Part shown: piece by piece, positions 19,931 through 29,364 of the stretch | Numbering within the stretch: the stretch's first letter is position 1 | Layout: every line of letters begins with the position of its first letter | NCBI GenBank assembly: GCA_022425195.1 | Contig: JAKMFX010000012.1 | Coordinates: forward strand, 52,160-116,159 | DNA from: Flavobacteriales bacterium | GTDB taxonomy: Bacteria; Bacteroidota; Bacteroidia; Flavobacteriales; UBA7430 | Length of the DNA: 64,000 nucleotides | Direction of reading: 5' to 3' | Notes under the pieces: generated by a model | Databases searched by the model: none | Told to the model about the DNA's origin: nothing | The model's input: only the letters and a program-made list of their open reading frames with translations | Program-made: the position numbers and the translations under genes

Positions 19931-20831
19931 TCACCTCCTCATTCATTTTATGACAGTCTTGTACGATGGTAAAAGAGGATTTCATGAATCGATCGTTGGT
20001 GAAACCATCAGGACTGCTTTTGGCAAACTTAACAAGATCGGCTTCTTCCAAAAGCTCGTTGATTTCCTTCAGAAGTAAAGCATCAATTTTCTTAGATTTC
20101 AAGAGCGATACAATTTCATGGGTTGTAGATTCTACAGTGTCAAGTTCATATTCTCTATCAAAATAATTACGAAGTATATCGGTAAGTTGAACATAATGAG
20201 ATTTGATCTCTCCACGATCACAAAGGCCTGCAGACTCAAGGTTTTTAAGCGCATCTATGGCTTCAATATTACAGGGTATCAACTCAACAATCTCTTCTTC
20301 TAAAACGGGTTTTTTATGACTGAATTTTTGAATTAAGCAATAGACTAAGAGCAAGACAAGAATGAATACCAAAGAGCCATACACAAAAGGCTTTGCCTCG
20401 GAAAAATTGAATGGAACTTCTCTGGGTTCTTTAATGTCAAAAACAGCATTGGTGGTATCTAAAACTACCGGAAGAAAAGAAATGTTAATGATTGAATCAG
20501 TGTAGAAAGTATCTCCTTCAGAGCTAACAAATGGAATTTGTGATAAGACAAACTCACCCGTATCAAAATGCTGGATGAGCATGTTTTGACGATACGTATT
20601 CATTTGAGACGTTCTACCAGAATCAATGGGCGTAAGTTCTTGAACCTCTATCGGTGTCAAAAGAGTCTCGATATCGGGCCACAAAATCTCCCCATCACTT
20701 TGCACATTGATGTCCAACTGAATAACATCACCAACAAAAACACTGTTGGTATCCACAGTAATTTCAACTTTTGTTTGTGCAAAAGTAAACGAAGACAAGC
20801 ATAGAAGGCTTATGTATAATCGTCGTTTCAA
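19920..20831 (-). CDS. Bat-operon membrane protein (BatD-like N-terminal domain, one TM helix, DUF4381-like C-terminus)
   Basis: Signal peptide, mid-protein TM helix (GSLVFILVLLLVYCLI) and the C-terminal ...EADLVKFAK motif. It lies between the DUF58 gene and batA. Confidence 0.5.
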   Translation of the reverse strand: MKRRLYISLLCLSSFTFAQTKVEITVDTNSVFVGDVIQLDINVQSDGEILWPDIETLLTPIEVQELTPIDSGRTSQMNTYRQNMLIQHFDTGEFVLSQIPFVSSEGDTFYTDSIINISFLPVVLDTTNAVFDIKEPREVPFNFSEAKPFVYGSLVFILVLLLVYCLIQKFSHKKPVLEEEIVELIPCNIEAIDALKNLESAGLCDRGEIKSHYVQLTDILRNYFDREYELDTVESTTHEIVSLLKSKKIDALLLKEINELLEEADLVKFAKSSPDGFTNDRFMKSSFTIVQDCHKMNEEVSDV

Positions 20832-20833
20832 AT

Positions 20834-21697
20834 TTATCTTCTTTTAAAAAATTCTAACAATTGTTTTGTGTAAGAACGATCAACGCTCAAATCCAGACAG
20901 TCAGTTCCCGAGTGAGAACAATTCGACTTAAAATCAGCAACAAACCTTTTATAGGATGCTTCGTAGTTTATCCGAATTGCTTCTGAACTGGTGTCTACCC
21001 AATCTATTGCTCCAGTTTCAGGGTTTTGAAATTGGACCAATCCTATATTGGGAAGTTTTTCTTCTGCGGGATCAAATATTCTGAGCGCCGTCAAATCGTG
21101 CTTGCTAGATGCAATTTTTAAATTTTTCTCATAATCCTGATCCTGAAAATCAGAAAGCGCAAAAACAATACTTCTTTTCTTTATTACAGAACTCAAAAAC
21201 TTGAGTGCATCAGAGATGTTCGTCCCCTTGCCCGTTGGTTTAAACTCAATTAGTTCACGAATGATTCTGAGGATGTGGGATTTCCCTTTTTTAGGAGGAA
21301 TGAACAACTCGATTTGATCGGTAAAAAAAACAACACCAACCTTATCGTTATTTTGCATGGCAGAAAAAGCCAAAACTGCACATAACTCTGTGATCAGCTC
21401 TCTTTTTTGTTGGTTTCGAGTACCAAAAGATTCAGACTTGGAAACATCTACCAAGAGCATCATCGTTAATTCTCTTTCCTCTTCAAAAATCTTAATGTGG
21501 GGTTCGTTAAGTTTTGCCGTTACGTTCCAATCAATGTCTCTAATATCGTCTCCGTACTGGTACTTTCGGACCTCAGAAAAAGTCATACCTCTCCCTTTAA
21601 AATGCGACTGGTATTCGCCAGAAAAGATATGATTGGACAATCGACGGGTTTTGATTTCGATCTTCCGAACCTTCTTTAAAAGTTCTTTAGTCTCCAT
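20834..21697 (-). CDS. DUF58 domain protein (MoxR partner, VWA-like)
   Basis: GEYQSHFKGRGMTFSEVRKYQYGDDIRDIDWN is the DUF58 hallmark. The gene is adjacent to moxR. Confidence 0.85.
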   Translation of the reverse strand: METKELLKKVRKIEIKTRRLSNHIFSGEYQSHFKGRGMTFSEVRKYQYGDDIRDIDWNVTAKLNEPHIKIFEEERELTMMLLVDVSKSESFGTRNQQKRELITELCAVLAFSAMQNNDKVGVVFFTDQIELFIPPKKGKSHILRIIRELIEFKPTGKGTNISDALKFLSSVIKKRSIVFALSDFQDQDYEKNLKIASSKHDLTALRIFDPAEEKLPNIGLVQFQNPETGAIDWVDTSSEAIRINYEASYKRFVADFKSNCSHSGTDCLDLSVDRSYTKQLLEFFKRR

Positions 21698-21698
21698 A

Positions 21699-22691
21699 CT
21701 AAGGCACTTCTACTTTATTCAATATTTGATTGATGATGTCTTCAGAACTAATGTTCTCGGCCTCGGCTTCATAGGTAACACCTATCCTATGTCGGAGTAC
21801 GTCATGACATACTGCTCGAACATCTTCAGGAATCACATAACCTCTTCTCTTTATAAATGCATAAACTTTAGCCGCTGTCGCAAGATTTATAGATCCACGA
21901 GGCGATGAGCCAAATGAAATTAAGCCGGTGAGATGATCCAATCCAAAACGATCAGGATAACGTGTAGCAAAGATGATGTCAAGAATGTAATTCTCTATTT
22001 TCTCATCCATATAAACCGTTTTTACAAGTTCTCGAGCTTTACAAATCTCTTCAAGTGTTACCACAGGTTTCACAATCTCATATTGACCGCTCAAGCTGTT
22101 CCGCATGATGGTTCGCTCATCTTCTTGCTTTGGGTAGTCAATTACTGTTTTGAGCATGAATCGGTCCACTTGAGCTTCTGGCAAAGGGTAAGTACCTTCT
22201 TGCTCAACGGGGTTTTGTGTGGCCAAAACTAAAAAGGGGTCTTCCATGGCAAAAGTCTCATCTCCAATGGTCACTTGTCGTTCTTGCATGGCCTCTAAAA
22301 GTGCGGATTGAACTTTGGCAGGAGCCCTGTTGATTTCATCCGCTAGGATGAAATTACCAAAAATGGGCCCTCTCTTAATGCTAAATTCATTTTTTGGCAT
22401 ATTGTAAACCGTTGTACCTATCACATCAGAAGGTAAAAGATCTGGAGTAAACTGTATGCGACTAAAATTTCCGTTGATGGCCTTCGACAGTGTGTTGATG
22501 GCTAGTGTTTTTGCCAAACCAGGCACCCCCTCTAAGAGAATATGACCGTTGCCAAGAAGGCCCAAAAGTAGGCGCTCTATCATGTGTTTTTGACCGATAA
22601 TCACCTTATTCATTTCTAAGGTCAACAGATCTATAAAAGCACTTTCCTGCTTGATTTTTTCGTTAATTTCTTTAATCTCTACTGAATCCAT
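21699..22691 (-). CDS. moxR: MoxR-family AAA+ ATPase
   Basis: Walker A GVPGLAKT, Walker B LADEINRA, and ATQNPVEQEGTYPLPEAQVDRF. Confidence 0.95.
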   Translation of the reverse strand: MDSVEIKEINEKIKQESAFIDLLTLEMNKVIIGQKHMIERLLLGLLGNGHILLEGVPGLAKTLAINTLSKAINGNFSRIQFTPDLLPSDVIGTTVYNMPKNEFSIKRGPIFGNFILADEINRAPAKVQSALLEAMQERQVTIGDETFAMEDPFLVLATQNPVEQEGTYPLPEAQVDRFMLKTVIDYPKQEDERTIMRNSLSGQYEIVKPVVTLEEICKARELVKTVYMDEKIENYILDIIFATRYPDRFGLDHLTGLISFGSSPRGSINLATAAKVYAFIKRRGYVIPEDVRAVCHDVLRHRIGVTYEAEAENISSEDIINQILNKVEVP

Positions 22692-22841
22692 TCTAATGTG
22701 TTTATATTTGTGGTAAAATTAAAAAACATTCTTATTATTTTCAATTTCTAAGTATCGGTTAACCCTTTATTAACGAAGGATATCTCGACTTATTTTAAGA
22801 GGTACAAATTAACCAATAGACCACAAATAAACAGATCTCTA

Positions 22842-23699
22842 TTGATGAAACTTTTCAACAAGAAAATCATCTTCTTCAACAGTGTATTTCTACTTATCAA
22901 TCTGCAGGGATATGCGCAGGAAAGACGAAACGACACCGTTGATGCTTTAAAATACTTACCTACACTAACCTTCCAAGAAGGTGGCTTCTTAAAGACCTCT
23001 GAAAAAAACTTTCCAATACCCATCAATTTCAATACGCACCAAGATGCAAATGGAGATGGGAAAGTCAATCCTGAAGACAATATAGAGAACATGGTTCTCT
23101 ACGCCATTGGAAATAAGATCAGTGGAATGGGAAGAACAGGCTTAAGCAATAGAGGACCTAACCATCAAGTTCCTACGGTCTATTTTAATTATGCTGAAAC
23201 CTTTAGTCATAACGTGTATCAGTATTGGTATTACTACGGCGAAAATTCTCATTTAGAAAACCATGAGCACGATTGGGAGTCGGTATTTGTTTTCGAAAGA
23301 GACACAACTCCCACATTGGTACAACTTACGTCATTTGGGAAACTGGTCAACCATGAATGGAGTGATTTTCTTCAGGATGAGGGGCATATTGTTCTTGGCG
23401 TTCGACGTGGAGATCACTCTTTCAACAAAACCCCTAAGAATGGAGTTGTCATCCGCTATAATGGAGAAATTCACGCCCAGGAAGGAACTCTAAATGAGGG
23501 ACACGGGAGAACAATTCCTTGGACCGTATTCAGCTCTAAAGATTTTACAAAAAATACGGTCTTATTTGACGAAACGAAAACGACGAAATTCTATTACGGA
23601 GACCTTGCTTATCCTAGAAGTGGTTCAGAGCTTGATCAAGAGAGAAAAGCGCCATGGCGAAGACGCAGATGGAGAAGGCCTAGGAAAAATGACAAATAA
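22842..23699 (+). CDS. Secreted NPP1/NLP-like (or related Vps62/DUF946-type 'HxxDWE') protein with an Arg-rich tail
   Basis: Signal peptide MMKLFNKKIIFFNSVFLLINLQGYAQ. VYQYWYYYGENSHLENHEHDWESVFVF parallels the NLP block Y.WY.PKD....G.GHRHDWE.VVVW. The C-terminus is APWRRRRWRRPRKNDK. Confidence 0.45.
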   Translation: MMKLFNKKIIFFNSVFLLINLQGYAQERRNDTVDALKYLPTLTFQEGGFLKTSEKNFPIPINFNTHQDANGDGKVNPEDNIENMVLYAIGNKISGMGRTGLSNRGPNHQVPTVYFNYAETFSHNVYQYWYYYGENSHLENHEHDWESVFVFERDTTPTLVQLTSFGKLVNHEWSDFLQDEGHIVLGVRRGDHSFNKTPKNGVVIRYNGEIHAQEGTLNEGHGRTIPWTVFSSKDFTKNTVLFDETKTTKFYYGDLAYPRSGSELDQERKAPWRRRRWRRPRKNDK

Positions 23700-23727
23700 A
23701 AATAGCTCCAAAAGGAGCTATTTTTAA
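23696..23727. terminator. Bidirectional terminator between the NLP-like gene and dapA
   Basis: aaaaatagctcc-aaaa-ggagctattttt. Confidence 0.7.
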
Positions 23728-23758
23728 TGATGAATGGTCTTTACTAGCATTCAACTTG

Positions 23759-24637
23759 CTAGTGATGTTTTAGTAATTCTTGAAGCTTTTGGTACCTTGA
23801 TCGAGAAATAGGAACAAGAGGCAATCTCAGGTACTCTTCACAAATACCCAATATCTTCAAACAAGCTTTTACACCAGAAGGACTGCCTTCAGCAAATAAA
23901 TGATCTATAATTTCAAGTTGTGGATAATGCAAAGCTCTGGCCTTTTCTGCTTGACCGGAAACCCCCAGGTTTACCATGTCCGAAAATGCCCTTGGACAGA
24001 CCATAGCCTGAACGGAAATAACCCCTTCAGCACCCATGAGCAACATAGGTAAGGTCAGCGCATCATCACCAGACAACACTTTAAAGTCAGCAGGCTTATC
24101 TCTTAATAGTTGCATGATCTGATCCATGTCTCTCGAAGCTTCTTTTACAGCAACGATATGATCAAAATCCTTAGCCAGCCTTAAGGTTGTATCCGCTGAA
24201 ATATTTACGGCGGTCCTACCCGGAACATTATATAAAATGATCGGCTTCGTACAGGCTTCGGCGATAGCTTTAAAATGCAGGTAAAGACCTTCTTGACTTG
24301 GCTTATTGTATGCTGGAGAAACAGAAAGTACGGCATCTACTCCAGAAAGATCTGTAGATTTTAGTTCTTCAACTACAGCTTTGGTGTTGTTGCCTCCTAA
24401 ACCAAGAACAAAAGGGACCCTTCCGTTGATTTTCTTTTTGGTAAAAGCAACGATTTCTATTTTTTCTTGCTTGGATAAAACAACACTCTCTCCAGTAGTA
24501 CCCATAGAAACTAAAAAGTCAGCTCCTTCACGAATCAAGTAATCTATCAAGTTAGAGAGTCCGTCATAGTCAACTTCTCTATCTTCCTTGAAGGGAGTTA
24601 TTAATGCAACCCCTGTTCTTCCTAAATCTATTCTCAT
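23759..24637 (-). CDS. dapA: 4-hydroxy-tetrahydrodipicolinate synthase
   Basis: GVALITPF N-terminus, GTTGES, an active-site Lys context (AVKEAS), and a length of 292 aa. Confidence 0.95.
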   Translation of the reverse strand: MRIDLGRTGVALITPFKEDREVDYDGLSNLIDYLIREGADFLVSMGTTGESVVLSKQEKIEIVAFTKKKINGRVPFVLGLGGNNTKAVVEELKSTDLSGVDAVLSVSPAYNKPSQEGLYLHFKAIAEACTKPIILYNVPGRTAVNISADTTLRLAKDFDHIVAVKEASRDMDQIMQLLRDKPADFKVLSGDDALTLPMLLMGAEGVISVQAMVCPRAFSDMVNLGVSGQAEKARALHYPQLEIIDHLFAEGSPSGVKACLKILGICEEYLRLPLVPISRSRYQKLQELLKHH

Positions 24638-25169
24638 ATCCCTCTGTAGGAATTAAACAATGTGTAACTTGTGTAATCAAAGAATTTAATCTTTGATGTT
24701 TCTTCATCTTTATTTCGTGGTCAAATATACAGATATCTTTTCTAAATCTTCCTACTTTAAAAGGTGCAGATATTGCTATTGCCAAATAAGTTAATGGATA
24801 ATAAGATTTAGTACTTAAATCAATGAGGATGTCGTATTCCTCATTTAGGAAATTTTTAATCACCATCCCTTTGGGCTTTCCGTACCAGTTCAATTGAGCT
24901 TTTGAAAAATAATCTATGTACAAAACGGAAAGATGTTCTAACATCCGATGCGATTTATTGACATAACCCAGTGCATTCACCTCATAATTATTTCTCGACA
25001 ACTCTCTTACAAATTTTTTTACCAGGCTGATGCTCTTCAACTCGGTGCCGTCAAAGATAATTCCGATGTGCTTAACATCATCAACCTCAATATCAAAAGA
25101 ATCTGCTGCGGTTGAATTCATCCGCTTTAGCACCAGATTTGAATACCAATTCACTAACATTAGTTGCAA
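24579..25169 (-). CDS. Hypothetical protein upstream of dapA (start codon uncertain)
   Basis: Long ORF co-directional with dapA, with no motif I recognise. Its 3' end overlaps dapA by 59 nt. Confidence 0.45.
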   Translation of the reverse strand: MQLMLVNWYSNLVLKRMNSTAADSFDIEVDDVKHIGIIFDGTELKSISLVKKFVRELSRNNYEVNALGYVNKSHRMLEHLSVLYIDYFSKAQLNWYGKPKGMVIKNFLNEEYDILIDLSTKSYYPLTYLAIAISAPFKVGRFRKDICIFDHEIKMKKHQRLNSLITQVTHCLIPTEGYENRFRKNRGCINNSLQGR

Positions 25170-25332
25170 TTATTATTAAAATAGACTTAAGGACATTTGA
25201 AATCACGATACCAAACCACATTGGCAAAACGCTATTGAGGGGCTAAAGATTGGTCTCTACATTTCATCAACGAAAAATAGACCGAAGTTATCGAAACCCT
25301 AAATAGATATTAACAAAAACTAAGCCAATTAA

Positions 25333-26802
25333 TTACTTGTATAGCATTGATAAATTACGTCGTAGAGAAAGGTGAATACTCAGGGGCTTATAATTCCCTT
25401 GAATCATATTCAGCTTCCCAACTGAAAAGCTTAATTGTGAATGCTCTGAGTACAGATAATTCAAAGAAAAATTAATTTGCATACCGACTCCCTTTCCTAC
25501 ATCAATTCCTCCTCCCCCGGCAACAACCATATGAAAAGGAATTTTAACCTCTATTTTTTCATTCTTTATGAGGGAGGCCGACAAACCAAAAACACCTTCT
25601 GCATAAGCTCCATAATCGCCTCCCATAGCCCAGCGAGTTTCTCCAAGCAAATCAAAATGAGAATGGATTGGGTAGGCCAAGCCAAAATACATGAGCGTCA
25701 TGTTCGTATATGGAATTCCGTTCTTGTCTAATGCGCGAGGGGCCAGATGAACATTTACACCTGTTCTCAATCCTAAAGAAGATGATTTTATGCCTTGTGA
25801 AGTTTTGAAATCAGGCGCTCTAGCATCTAATAATAATGAACTTTCAAAGGTATATTTAAGGCCTAACTGAACATAATTTGCAGAAAATGAGCCTGTATGA
25901 GAAGCGTTATAGCCTCTTGAGAGGCTTATAACTTTTCGGGTTAAGTTAATGTCAATCCCAGTTTCTATTATATAAGCGAGGCCTCCTGAAGTATTCATGC
26001 CACCACCACCACAACTCCCTATTAGAGATTGTGCAGTCCAGGTAATCTTCTTTAACTGAAGTAAGGGAGTGGATAGACCTGTATAATAAGCCATAAATCC
26101 ATCTACCTCATTAGAGATTGCAGCCTGTAAACGCATTAAACCATTTAAGTGTTTACTGACACGAATTGCATATTCAACGCCCACAATCGTTGTTTGATGA
26201 TCGGCTTTTAAAGATGATGCGTCTTGGGCATCAAGAAGCATAAAAACGCTTTGGACGGAAAGAGACTGCTGTGCCATTTTTAAAGGATACAAACCTAGCA
26301 GGTAATCTTGTGGTATTTCGTAAGACAAGCCCCACTGAAATTGTTGTCCTTGAATTTCTCCCGTCGGGAAGTCGTAATTCGAATACCTTCCCTGTAGCTT
26401 AAAGTTTGAGAGAAGGGCGTACTTCACACCAATACCATACCTATACGCAAGACCAGATCCATCAGGAGCACCCGCTCCTCCACCTCCACCCAGAAACGCA
26501 TTAACATTTATAGAGATGGGAGTGCCGTTTAGCTTATAATCGAGTTCCGACATAAGACCAAAAACATATAAACCTCCAAATTCCCCCACAAGCGCTTCTT
26601 GAATCTCAAGACCATAGGCATATCTGTATGAACCCTTGTGGTGGGTAAGTAGAAATGCGGAATTACCCATCACGAAATCATCGTAGTCTGTCATGCGAAC
26701 CTTCTCAAAAGTTCTTTGAACTTCAATACCCGATGTGTTTTGTGCAAGGCTTTTAAAACCAGTGGCGAACAATAACAGTACGATAATAAATGAATATCTC
26801 AT
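25333..26802 (-). CDS. Hypothetical outer-membrane beta-barrel-like protein with a three-fold internal repeat
   Basis: Signal peptide MRYSFIIVLLLFATGFKSLAQ, alternating beta-strand pattern, three Gly-rich loops (GGGGGAGAPDGSGLAY / CGGGGMNTSGGLAY / AGGGGIDVGKGVGM), and a C-terminal aromatic ending (...SMLYK). Confidence 0.5.
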   Translation of the reverse strand: MRYSFIIVLLLFATGFKSLAQNTSGIEVQRTFEKVRMTDYDDFVMGNSAFLLTHHKGSYRYAYGLEIQEALVGEFGGLYVFGLMSELDYKLNGTPISINVNAFLGGGGGAGAPDGSGLAYRYGIGVKYALLSNFKLQGRYSNYDFPTGEIQGQQFQWGLSYEIPQDYLLGLYPLKMAQQSLSVQSVFMLLDAQDASSLKADHQTTIVGVEYAIRVSKHLNGLMRLQAAISNEVDGFMAYYTGLSTPLLQLKKITWTAQSLIGSCGGGGMNTSGGLAYIIETGIDINLTRKVISLSRGYNASHTGSFSANYVQLGLKYTFESSLLLDARAPDFKTSQGIKSSSLGLRTGVNVHLAPRALDKNGIPYTNMTLMYFGLAYPIHSHFDLLGETRWAMGGDYGAYAEGVFGLSASLIKNEKIEVKIPFHMVVAGGGGIDVGKGVGMQINFSLNYLYSEHSQLSFSVGKLNMIQGNYKPLSIHLSLRRNLSMLYK

Positions 26803-26969
26803 TTTAAATACTTGACATTAATACAGCTAAATAATCGTAATAATAAAAACCATGTGGTATCTTTGTAAAGATACTCGTTTCTGCATAAGCTAAGGGTTGA
26901 AATTCGATTTGGCATGCCATCAAACGTTATCGTTTGGTTGACTGAAAACATCAGTAAAGTAAAAAATTC

Positions 26970-28238
26970 ATGAATAAGATTCTCTTCAATCTCGTATTTT
27001 TCTGTTTGTTTTTTTTATTCCTTGACCTCTACTTTTGGCAAGCTCTGAAAAGTAACTTTCTCTTTAACTTAAAATCAAATCAGGCGGCAAAGATTATCTA
27101 TTGGGTCATATGCTTATCTACGATATCTATTGTTATTTATGGGATGATCAACTACCAAAACCCGGAAGCATCTAAACACCTCATTGTGATTCGGGCATTT
27201 ATCTTTAGCTTGTATATGGCTAAACTTTTCGCATGCTTTCCCTTACTTATAGACGATTTGATTCGATTGTTTAAATGGATTGTATCCTTATTCAGCACAA
27301 GTGCACCCAATTTAAAAAATGGGACACAGGGCATCTCACGTTTGAGTTTTTTAAAAAACATGAGCTTTCTCATTGGGACGTTTGTCTTCAGTGTCATGTC
27401 ATGGGGGATTATTTATGGTAGATTCAATTTTAAAAAACATCAAATTTCTCTTCGGTTGAACAAATGGCCTAAAGGTCTTGATGGGTTTAAAATCATTCAA
27501 ATATCTGATCTACATCTCGGTAGTTTTGATTCGACAAAACCTATTGAGGAAGTCGTTGATATGATCAATAATGAAAATGCCGACATCATCGTTTTCACCG
27601 GAGACATGATTAACAATTCCTACTGGGAGGCCGATGAGTTCATCCCCTACTTATCAAAACTTAAAGCGAAACACGGAAAATTTTCCGTGCTTGGGAATCA
27701 CGATTATGGAGACTATTTAGGGATTGATAAAAATTCCGAATCCGGAATGAGTCTATGGAAGTCAAACTTCAATAAGATGTTGAAAATACATGATAAAATT
27801 GGTTTCGACTTGCTCTTAAATGAAAACCGTGACATGCAAATAAACGGTCATCAATTCAATCTTATTGGAGTAGAAAACTGGGGAGCAGGACGTTTTTCTA
27901 AATATGGAGACTTCGGTAAATCCATACAAGGATTAGATGCCAACAAGTGTAACATATTACTCTCACACGACCCCTCTCATTGGGGGAATGAAATCATCAA
28001 TCACCCCTTCCCTATTGAATTGCAACTTTCAGGTCATACGCACGGCATGCAATTTGGTGTAGAACTCAAGAACTTTAAATGGAGTCCTGCACAGTTGAGA
28101 TACCCACAATGGGCCGGTTTGTACTCAAACGATGAGAAACACGTCTATGTAAACCGAGGTCTAGGGCACATAGGCTATGCAGGGAGAATAGGTATTTACC
28201 CAGAAATATCTGTTTTAAATATTTATAGTAAAGCCTAG
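26970..28238 (+). CDS. Membrane-anchored metallophosphoesterase (YaeI-like)
   Basis: Several N-terminal TM helices, then the calcineurin-like motifs ISDLHLG, TGDMIN, GNHDY, SHDP and GHTHG. Confidence 0.8.
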   Translation: MNKILFNLVFFCLFFLFLDLYFWQALKSNFLFNLKSNQAAKIIYWVICLSTISIVIYGMINYQNPEASKHLIVIRAFIFSLYMAKLFACFPLLIDDLIRLFKWIVSLFSTSAPNLKNGTQGISRLSFLKNMSFLIGTFVFSVMSWGIIYGRFNFKKHQISLRLNKWPKGLDGFKIIQISDLHLGSFDSTKPIEEVVDMINNENADIIVFTGDMINNSYWEADEFIPYLSKLKAKHGKFSVLGNHDYGDYLGIDKNSESGMSLWKSNFNKMLKIHDKIGFDLLLNENRDMQINGHQFNLIGVENWGAGRFSKYGDFGKSIQGLDANKCNILLSHDPSHWGNEIINHPFPIELQLSGHTHGMQFGVELKNFKWSPAQLRYPQWAGLYSNDEKHVYVNRGLGHIGYAGRIGIYPEISVLNIYSKA

Positions 28239-29357
28239 ATGCTCAGCTACAGATCATTTCATCAATTTAAGAACATACCCAAAGGTGTGTGGAGTCAACT
28301 TCTCCAAAAAGAAGATTATTTTTTATCCGAAGAATTTCTAGTAACTGTCGAAAAGCATCATCAAGGTGAAATTGGCCCCATATACACTCTAGTGGAAGAT
28401 GAAAAAGGTGTTGTAGGAATTATATACGCTCAAGTTTTTGACTTTAAAAACAAAAAACTCAACAACTATATTGAGTCTCAAAAATTCAATCTGATCACAA
28501 GACTTAAAAGTCAAATGGGTCGACTTTTAAACCTAAAAGTCGCCTTTCTTGGCGATGTTTTTATGTCAAATGAACCAGCTTTTAAATTTAAAAAAGGGCA
28601 TTTTACGATTGAACAAACAGAGGAGATTCTCAGTCACATTCAAAAATTTAGTGGGACTAAGTTTTTATTAATTCCCGAGTTTTACAAAGACGCCATTGAC
28701 TGTAAGAACGCAAAATTCAAACAGATATCTGTTGAGCCTGATATGTATTTTGAAGTTTCAAAAGACTGGAAAGATTTTGATGATTATTTAACAGCGATTC
28801 GATCTAAGTACAAGAAAAGATACCATTCGAATCAGAAGATCAGTAAATCCATAGTCAAAAAAATAATTGAACCTATTGAATTGCTGTCGAAAGCACCTGC
28901 ATTAAAAGCCCTATTCGCCGAAGTCTATGAAAATTCAAATTTCAATTCTGTGAAATTTAACACAGATATGTTTCTGGAGTTAATCGACTTGAATAAAAAT
29001 ATTTGCATTCACGGTTACTATAATGGTAATGACCTCCTAGGCTTCTCCTCAGTCTTCAAAGTCAACCGTATCTTATATGCTCACTTTGTGGGTTTTAGTT
29101 ATGAAAAAAATCACAAATACGGCCTTTACAGCAAAATGCTATATGATCACATTAGATACGCCATAGATCATGATGTAGAACTTATGAAACTTGGAAGAAC
29201 TGCCTGTGAGTTCAAAAGTAATTTTGGAGCAAAACCTCATTTAGAGAAAGGATATATATATGACAAGACAGGGCGATATTTATACTTTTTAGGTCCCTTC
29301 CTGGAATTGCTCAAACCCAAAGCTTGGATACAGAGAAAGCCTTTCAAAGAGGGTTGA
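28239..29357 (+). CDS. Possible FemAB/BioF2-like GNAT-fold acyltransferase
   Basis: The size and two-lobed pattern fit, but the motif match is weak. The start abuts the stop of the preceding gene. Confidence 0.35.
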   Translation: MLSYRSFHQFKNIPKGVWSQLLQKEDYFLSEEFLVTVEKHHQGEIGPIYTLVEDEKGVVGIIYAQVFDFKNKKLNNYIESQKFNLITRLKSQMGRLLNLKVAFLGDVFMSNEPAFKFKKGHFTIEQTEEILSHIQKFSGTKFLLIPEFYKDAIDCKNAKFKQISVEPDMYFEVSKDWKDFDDYLTAIRSKYKKRYHSNQKISKSIVKKIIEPIELLSKAPALKALFAEVYENSNFNSVKFNTDMFLELIDLNKNICIHGYYNGNDLLGFSSVFKVNRILYAHFVGFSYEKNHKYGLYSKMLYDHIRYAIDHDVELMKLGRTACEFKSNFGAKPHLEKGYIYDKTGRYLYFLGPFLELLKPKAWIQRKPFKEG

Positions 29358-29364
29358 AATGAGC

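Noticed and set aside
22790-23092. 100-aa minus-strand ORF overlapping the start of the NLP-like gene
   Set aside because: It has no motifs, it is antisense to an ORF that has a signal peptide and a conserved motif, and it would need a promoter inside that gene.
25170-25332. Possible lysine riboswitch upstream of the dapA transcription unit
   Set aside because: I could not recognise the conserved L-box core elements on the minus strand, and a protein-coding ORF lies between this spacer and dapA.
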